Origin: Saccharopolyspora erythraea
GTDB lineage: Bacteria; Actinomycetota; Actinomycetes; Mycobacteriales; Pseudonocardiaceae
Length of the DNA: 32,000 nucleotides
Assembly: GCF_018141105.1 (NCBI RefSeq)
Contig: NZ_CP054839.1
Coordinates: 5,489,411 to 5,521,410 of the forward strand
Reading direction: 5' to 3'
The notes beneath the pieces are model-generated. The model did not search any database and was not told where the DNA came from. It saw only the letters and a list, made by a program, of their open reading frames with translations. Position numbers and translations under genes: made by a program. Below, in pieces: positions 19,801 through 24,794 of this stretch (position 1 is the first letter of the stretch; every line of letters starts with the position of its first letter).

Positions 19801-20255
19801 GGGTCGGTGACGGCCAGGTGGGCGTAGGAGACCGTGCCGCTGGGTACTGGCGCGTCGCCGACGACCACGATCCGCCGCACCCCGCCGCCCGCGGCGCGGA
19901 CCTGCTCGACGTGCGCCTCGTCGGTGATCACCACCCGCGCCCCGCTGTCCTCCAGCAGGTAGGAGAGCTCGGCCTCGGTGACCCGCGGGTTGAGCGGCAC
20001 CCCGATCGCGCCCGCCCGCAGGATCGCCAGGTAGCTCTCGACCACCTCCACCCGGTTCCCGAGCAGGATCGCCGCGCGGTCGCCGGGCTGCAGACGCAGG
20101 TCGGCCAGGTGCCCGGCGAGCCGCCGGGTGCGCAGCTCCAGGTCGGCGTAGCTCACACTCAGCCGGGAGTCGCGGAACGCGATCTTGTGCTCGAGGCGGG
20201 AGGCGTGCGACCGCAGAAGCTCGGGCAGCGGCCGAATGAGCTCCGTACGCAGCAT
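7857..20255 (-). CDS. rifA: Type I modular PKS: AHBA loading module (adenylation/CoL - degenerate KR - ACP) + module 1 (KS-AT-DH-ER-KR-ACP) + module 2 (KS-AT-ACP)
   Basis: 4132 aa from ATG at 20255 (the track ORF begins further upstream, but homology begins at [29 protein letters not shown]). CoL motif [12 protein letters not shown], two VDTACSSS ketosynthases, two ATs, and DH, ER, KR and three ACP domains read from the translation. The rifA symbol indicates function class only, not orthology of the whole gene. Confidence 0.95.
   Translation of the reverse strand: [4132 protein letters not shown]
7890..10860 (-). other. Module 2 KS, AT (malonyl-type) and terminal ACP, no reductive domains
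   Basis: KS [45 protein letters not shown] (malonyl-CoA signature); ACP [44 protein letters not shown], then [10 protein letters not shown]-stop. Confidence 0.88.
11000..14380 (-). other. Module 1 DH-ER-KR-ACP (full reductive loop, all motifs present)
   Basis: DH [11 protein letters not shown] and [24 protein letters not shown] and [74 protein letters not shown]. Confidence 0.88.
14500..17060 (-). other. Module 1 KS and AT (methylmalonyl-type)
   Basis: KS: [68 protein letters not shown] and YASHS, the methylmalonyl-CoA signature. Confidence 0.88.
17130..17390 (-). other. Loading ACP
   Basis: [37 protein letters not shown]. Confidence 0.85.
17430..18720 (-). other. Degenerate ketoreductase-like domain in loading module
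   Basis: KR fold with [16 protein letters not shown] in place of VTGGTGxxG, and [14 protein letters not shown] in place of [12 protein letters not shown] (catalytic Tyr absent). Boundaries approximate. Confidence 0.8.
18730..20240 (-). other. PKS loading adenylation / CoA-ligase-like domain (predicted AHBA activation)
   Basis: [62 protein letters not shown]. Boundaries approximate. Confidence 0.88.
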
Positions 20256-20409
20256 GTGGTCACAATCCTTTGCAGCGGGGGCCGGGAGATCTCGCCGGAC
20301 AGTCTCGCCGAGGACGGCGCTCACCAGTCCCCAGACGACTCCCCTACACCCCCCTTGTTCCGCTCCGCGCCGGACTCCGGCGGACCCCCGGACGCATACT
20401 CTCGACGGC
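20256..20409. promoter_or_regulatory. Divergent promoter region between PKS operon and rifH-like gene
   Basis: Divergent gene starts at 20255 (-) and 20410 (+); contains the C-rich tandem CCCCTACACCCCCCTT (20341-20356). Confidence 0.6.
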
Positions 20410-21741
20410 GTGCGCAACCTCGATGCCTGGCGCGGCCTTCCCGCCGCGCAGCAACCGGAATGGCACGACTCCGCCGAGCTCTCCGAAGTCCTCGACGAGC
20501 TCTCCCAGCTGCCCCCGCTGGTGTTCGCCGGCGAATGCGACCAGCTCAAGGACCGGCTCGCCGCCGCCCAGCGCGGCGAGTCCTTCGTGCTGCAGGGCGG
20601 CGACTGCGCGGAGACCTTCGCCGGGGCGACCGCGTCCGCCGTGCAGAACAAGCTCAAGACGCTGCTGCAGATGGCGGTGGTGCTGACCTACGCCGCGCAG
20701 GTCCCGGTCGTCAAGATCGGCCGGATGGCCGGGCAGTTCGCCAAACCCCGTTCCAGCTCCGACGAGACCAGCGACGGGGTGACGCTGCCCGCCTACCGGG
20801 GCGACGCGGTCAACGGCTTCGAGTTCACCGCCGAGAGCCGCAGGCCCGACCCGCGACGGCTGATCCGCGCCTACCACTCCAGCGCGACCATCCTCAACCT
20901 GTGCCGGGCCTTCGCCAACGGCGGGTACGCCGACCTGCGCCAGGTCCACGCCTGGAACCAGGACTTCGTGGCCACCAGTCCGGCGGGCAAGGACTACGAG
21001 CACCTGGCCTCCGAGATCGACCGGGCGCTGGCGTTCATGCGCGCCTGCAAGGCCGAGCCCGCCGAGGTGCACACCGTCGAGTTCTGGTCCAGCCACGAAG
21101 CACTGCTGCTGGACTACGAGAGCGCGCTGACCAGGGTCGACCCGCGGACGTCGTGGCCCTACGCGGTGTCGGCGCACATGGTGTGGATCGGTGAGCGCAC
21201 CCGCCAGCTCGACCACGCCCACCTGGAGTGGGCCTCGCGGATCCGCAACCCCCTGGGCGTGAAGCTGGGGCCGTCGACCACGCCGGACGACGCGCTGGCC
21301 ATCATCGAGCGCCTGAACCCGTCGGCCGAACCCGGCAGGCTCACCTTCGTCACCAGGATGGGCGCGGACCGCATCCGCGACGCCCTGCCCCTGCTGGTGG
21401 AGAAGGTCACCGCCAGCGGCGCACCGGTCACGTGGGTCTGCGATCCCATGCACGGCAACACGTTCCGGTCGCCGAGCGGGTACAAGACCCGGCGGGTGGA
21501 CGACATCTTCGACGAGGTGACCGGGTTCTTCGAGGTGCACCGGGCGCTGCGGACCCATCCCGGCGGCATCCACATCGAGTTCACCGGCGACGAGGTGACC
21601 GAGTGCGTGGGCGGCGGCCACGGGCTGCTGGAAGCCGACCTGCACCACCGCTACGAGACCGTCTGCGACCCCAGGCTGAACCGCAGGCAGTCCCTGGACC
21701 TGGCCTTCAAGGTCGCCGAGCTCTACCGCCTCTCCACCTGA
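20410..21741 (+). CDS. rifH: 3,4-dideoxy-4-amino-D-arabino-heptulosonate 7-phosphate (aminoDAHP) synthase, plant-type DAHP synthase fold
   Basis: GTG start proposed (VRNLDAWRGLPAAQQPEWHDSAEL...); LQGGDCAETF, VVKIGRMAGQFAKPRS, FWSSHEALLLDYE, NPLGVKLGPSTTPDD, WVCDPMHGN. Start codon uncertain. Confidence 0.93.
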   Translation: MRNLDAWRGLPAAQQPEWHDSAELSEVLDELSQLPPLVFAGECDQLKDRLAAAQRGESFVLQGGDCAETFAGATASAVQNKLKTLLQMAVVLTYAAQVPVVKIGRMAGQFAKPRSSSDETSDGVTLPAYRGDAVNGFEFTAESRRPDPRRLIRAYHSSATILNLCRAFANGGYADLRQVHAWNQDFVATSPAGKDYEHLASEIDRALAFMRACKAEPAEVHTVEFWSSHEALLLDYESALTRVDPRTSWPYAVSAHMVWIGERTRQLDHAHLEWASRIRNPLGVKLGPSTTPDDALAIIERLNPSAEPGRLTFVTRMGADRIRDALPLLVEKVTASGAPVTWVCDPMHGNTFRSPSGYKTRRVDDIFDEVTGFFEVHRALRTHPGGIHIEFTGDEVTECVGGGHGLLEADLHHRYETVCDPRLNRRQSLDLAFKVAELYRLST

Positions 21742-21758
21742 GCACAGGCGCGAGGAAC

Positions 21759-21794
21759 GCCGTGAGCACGCTGTCGCGTGGTCACGGCTTTCTT
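21759..21794 (+). terminator. Probable factor-independent terminator after rifH-like gene
   Basis: Stem GCCGTGA-g-CACGC, loop TGTC, GCGTG-g-TCACGGC, followed by TTTCTT; located between convergent genes. Confidence 0.65.
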
Positions 21795-21837
21795 GCGTTC
21801 GGGTGATGCGGGAGGAGGTGAGCTGGAAAGCCGCCTC

Positions 21838-22827
21838 TCACGACTCCGACAGGCGCTCCCGGCCGTGCGGCTGCTCCCAGTCGGCGTGCACGGGTGCCAC
21901 CTCGAGCCGGTCGATGCCGGCGTTGACGAACGCCGGCCTGCCGACGTCGAAGGTGTCGAAGTCGGTGCTGTCGCGGAAACCGGGCCGCTGGTACAGGTCG
22001 CGGGCGTAGGCCCACAGGTTCGCGAAGTCCGGCAGCGACCGCTCGCTCATCCCGCTCATCGGGTTGTACAGGCGGTCGAACCGGACCAGCGTCGGCCACA
22101 GCCGCACGTCGGCTTCGGAGATCGAGTCACCGACGAGGTAGCGCCGGCCCGCCAGCCGCTCGTCCAGCCGCCGCAGCGCGCCGGACATCCGCTCGCGCCA
22201 CTGGTCGTACTCCTCCTGGGTCGTCGCGGCAGCGGCCTTGTACGGGGCGTTGTTGACGTTGTCGTAGACGTACTGGTTGATCTCGTCGATCTCGGCGCGG
22301 TGCTCCGGCGGGTAGAGCCGCACGCCGGGGTCCGCCCACTCGTCGAACTCGGTGCCGAGGTCGATCGTGATGTCGGGAAAGTTGTTGCTGACGATGCGGC
22401 CCGTGCTGCGGTCCCACAGCACCGGCACCGAGAGGTGGCCGGGAAATCCCGGCTCGGTGGCGTCGTACGCCTGTTGCAGCAACGTGAAGCCGTTCACCGG
22501 GTCCGGGCCGCGCCGCCCTCGGAAGGCCCAGCCGCGTCCGTCGCGGTCGTCGTCGACGTAGGACAGCGAGACGACGTCCCGCAGTCCCTTGAGAGCGCGC
22601 ACGATCGCGGTGCGCTGCGCCCACGGGCACACCCACGCGATGTAGAGGTGGTAGCGGCCGGGCTCGGCCCGGTAACCGCTCGACCCGTCGGCGGTCACCC
22701 GGTCCTGGAAGGCGTACAGCGGACGTTGCCACCCGGAGGAGGTGTCCAGCCGTCCCGGCCCGTAGTGCCCGTAGGTCTCCAGGTCGACGGGGCTCGCGTA
22801 GGCGGGATCCGCCGTGGGTGAGGGCAT
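21838..22827 (-). CDS. Glutathionyl-hydroquinone reductase-like (ECM4/YqjG, GST-omega-type) protein
   Basis: Start at MPSPTADPAYASPVDLETYG; YHLYIAWVCPWAQRTAIVRALKGL (catalytic Cys), SVPVLWDRSTGRIVSNNFPDI, RLWPTLVRFDRLYN. GGAGGA RBS immediately upstream. The track ORF's N-terminal extension is non-homologous. Confidence 0.88.
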   Translation of the reverse strand: MPSPTADPAYASPVDLETYGHYGPGRLDTSSGWQRPLYAFQDRVTADGSSGYRAEPGRYHLYIAWVCPWAQRTAIVRALKGLRDVVSLSYVDDDRDGRGWAFRGRRGPDPVNGFTLLQQAYDATEPGFPGHLSVPVLWDRSTGRIVSNNFPDITIDLGTEFDEWADPGVRLYPPEHRAEIDEINQYVYDNVNNAPYKAAAATTQEEYDQWRERMSGALRRLDERLAGRRYLVGDSISEADVRLWPTLVRFDRLYNPMSGMSERSLPDFANLWAYARDLYQRPGFRDSTDFDTFDVGRPAFVNAGIDRLEVAPVHADWEQPHGRERLSES

Positions 22828-23005
22828 GCGCTCTCCTCCTGCGTGGCCGGCGCGCCGCGGCCGCGCCGATTCTGGTCCTGTGCCGGGAAGTCTACTTGCG
22901 CTCGGGAAGCGGCGAGGTGCTTTCCACGTCGTGGTCGCACCCCGCCGGAACGCGTCGTCGGCCGCCGCCACCGGTGGGGTGGCCGCGGCCGACGGCGGTA
23001 CCGCA

Positions 23006-23707
23006 CTACCTCGGGCCGGCCCTTTCGGAGCCGGAACCGCTGCGCTGCAGCGCCGGCTCCGAGGCCCGCACCGGCGGGCACAGCGCGAGGAGCTCGTGCG
23101 GTGCCCGCAGCGCGACGTCCGGCCCGGCGGCCAGCAGCACCGCCTCGTCGATGTCGGCCCACAGCGCCGCCACCGCGGCGACGCCGGCTCCGCGAGCGCT
23201 CGCCAGGTCCGTGACCGCGTCACCGATCATCATCGCCCGCTCGGCCGGTTCGCCGAGCAGCTCCAGCGCGCGCAGCACGATGTCCGGGGCGGGCTTGGGC
23301 CTGGCAACCTCGTCGGACCCGATCACGTGGTCGAAATGGCCGAGGATGCCCAGCCGGTCCAGCAGCGACCGCGCGCGGGACCCGGCCTTGCCGGTGGCCA
23401 CCGCGAGCCGGATCCCCCGCCGGTTCAGCTCCGCCAGCAGCTCCTCGACACCGTCGAACACGGTGACCTGGTCGGCCAGCCGGTAGCTCTCGCGGACGAA
23501 GGGCTCCTCCATCTCCAGCGGCAGCCCCATGATCCGCATGATGTCCGGGAAGTAGCGACCGAGGTGGCGGGTGTACTCCTCGAACGGCGCGGGTTCGTCG
23601 CCGACGACCTCGGCGTAGGCGATCCGGAACGCCTCGCGCATGACGCCGAAGCTGTCCACGACCACTCCGTCGAGGTCGAACACGACCGTGTCGAACTCGT
23701 CAGGCAC
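23006..23707 (-). CDS. rifM: HAD-family phosphatase of AHBA pathway (RifM-like)
   Basis: 233 aa; [72 protein letters not shown]; in an AHBA operon. Confidence 0.87.
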   Translation of the reverse strand: [233 protein letters not shown]

Positions 23708-24794
23708 CGCGGACCTCCAGAAGATCGGCCGAGGGCCTGGCCTGCCGTGCCGAGGCGTAGGCCCGCTCGATCACCTCGATCGTCGCGCGCGCCTGCGCGA
23801 TCGCCACGCCCCTGCTCGCCGGATCGGCCAGCAGCGCGGGCAGCTCGTCGAGCTGCCGGGTGTACTCGGCGCCGATCTGCTCGCCGGCGACCGGCACCGG
23901 CGCGGTGACACCGTTGTGGGTGCGGGTCAGCACCGAGTCCGGCAACCGGTTGGTGCTGAACCCGAACGTGCAGCTCAACGACACGGCCCCGGCGGCGCCT
24001 TCGACGGTGATCCGGGTGGTGTCGCGGGCCTCGTGCGACGCCCAGCTCGCGCGCAGCGACACCGAGACACCGCTGTCGGTGACGACGAACGCCCGGACCG
24101 TGTCCTCGACGTCGCCCGCCGGCTGGTCGCCGCGCTCCTCCTCGCGCCAGGCCGCCCGCAGGGACGGGTTGTTGACGAAGTCGGCCGACGTCGTCGCGAC
24201 CACCTGCTCGAAGACCGCGGGGCCCACCAACGGCCCGGCGATGTCGAGCAGGTGCCACCCGAGGTCGACCAGCGCGCCACCGCCCGCCAGCTCGCGGTTG
24301 GTGAACCAGCCGCCCGCGCCGGGCACGCCGCGCGCGCGGACCCAGGACAGGTCCACGTGCCGGACGGGGCGCAGCTCGGCCGCGAGCTCGTGCAGCGCCC
24401 TGACGTCGGCGCGGTAGTTCGCGGCGCTGCCGGCCAGCAGCACCGCGCCGCCCTCGCGCTCTGCGATGGCCAACCGGTCCGCCTCGGCCACGTCCAGGCA
24501 CACCGGCTTCTCCAGGAACACCGGGATGCCGCGCTCCAGCAGCCGGCAGGCGACCGGGCTGTGCAGGTGGTTCGGCACGGTCACCACGGCGATGTCCACA
24601 TCGGACTTTTCGAGGCGGTCGAGGTCGTCCAGGACCGCGAGGCCCTCGCGCTCGGCAGCCACCTCCCGCGACCGCGGGTCGGGGTCGACGACCGTGACGA
24701 CCCGGTACGCGGGGTGCGCGGTCAACCGGGGCAGCCAGATCGACTGCCCCGCCCAGCCGAACCCGACCAGGGCGACGCGGACCGGCCCGCTCAC
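23700..24794 (-). CDS. rifL: Gfo/Idh/MocA-type oxidoreductase of AHBA pathway (RifL-like)
   Basis: 364 aa; VALVGFGWAGQSIWLPRLTAHPAYRVVTVVDPDP, GIPVFLEKPVCLDVAEAD, VDLGWHLLDIAGPLVG; overlaps rifM-like and rifK-like neighbours. Confidence 0.88.
   Translation of the reverse strand: MSGPVRVALVGFGWAGQSIWLPRLTAHPAYRVVTVVDPDPRSREVAAEREGLAVLDDLDRLEKSDVDIAVVTVPNHLHSPVACRLLERGIPVFLEKPVCLDVAEADRLAIAEREGGAVLLAGSAANYRADVRALHELAAELRPVRHVDLSWVRARGVPGAGGWFTNRELAGGGALVDLGWHLLDIAGPLVGPAVFEQVVATTSADFVNNPSLRAAWREEERGDQPAGDVEDTVRAFVVTDSGVSVSLRASWASHEARDTTRITVEGAAGAVSLSCTFGFSTNRLPDSVLTRTHNGVTAPVPVAGEQIGAEYTRQLDELPALLADPASRGVAIAQARATIEVIERAYASARQARPSADLLEVRGA

Noticed and set aside
20256-20657. N-terminal extension of the PKS in the ORF track (MSLFCTADAVAPAKVSAQ...)
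   Set aside because: It overlaps the rifH coding start and the divergent promoter, and has no homology; ATG at 20255 with an AAAGGA RBS fits the adenylation domain start.
9738-21194. 3818-aa open frame on the + strand opposite the PKS
   Set aside because: Antisense to a clearly coding PKS; low-complexity Arg/Gly/His/Pro-rich translation typical of the shadow frame of a high-GC gene. Its C-terminal part also runs through the divergent promoter into an out-of-frame reading of rifH.
22828-23223. N-terminal extension of the glutathionyl-hydroquinone-reductase ORF
   Set aside because: Overlaps the rifM-like gene in another frame and is low-complexity; MPSPTADPAY with GGAGGA RBS is the likely start.
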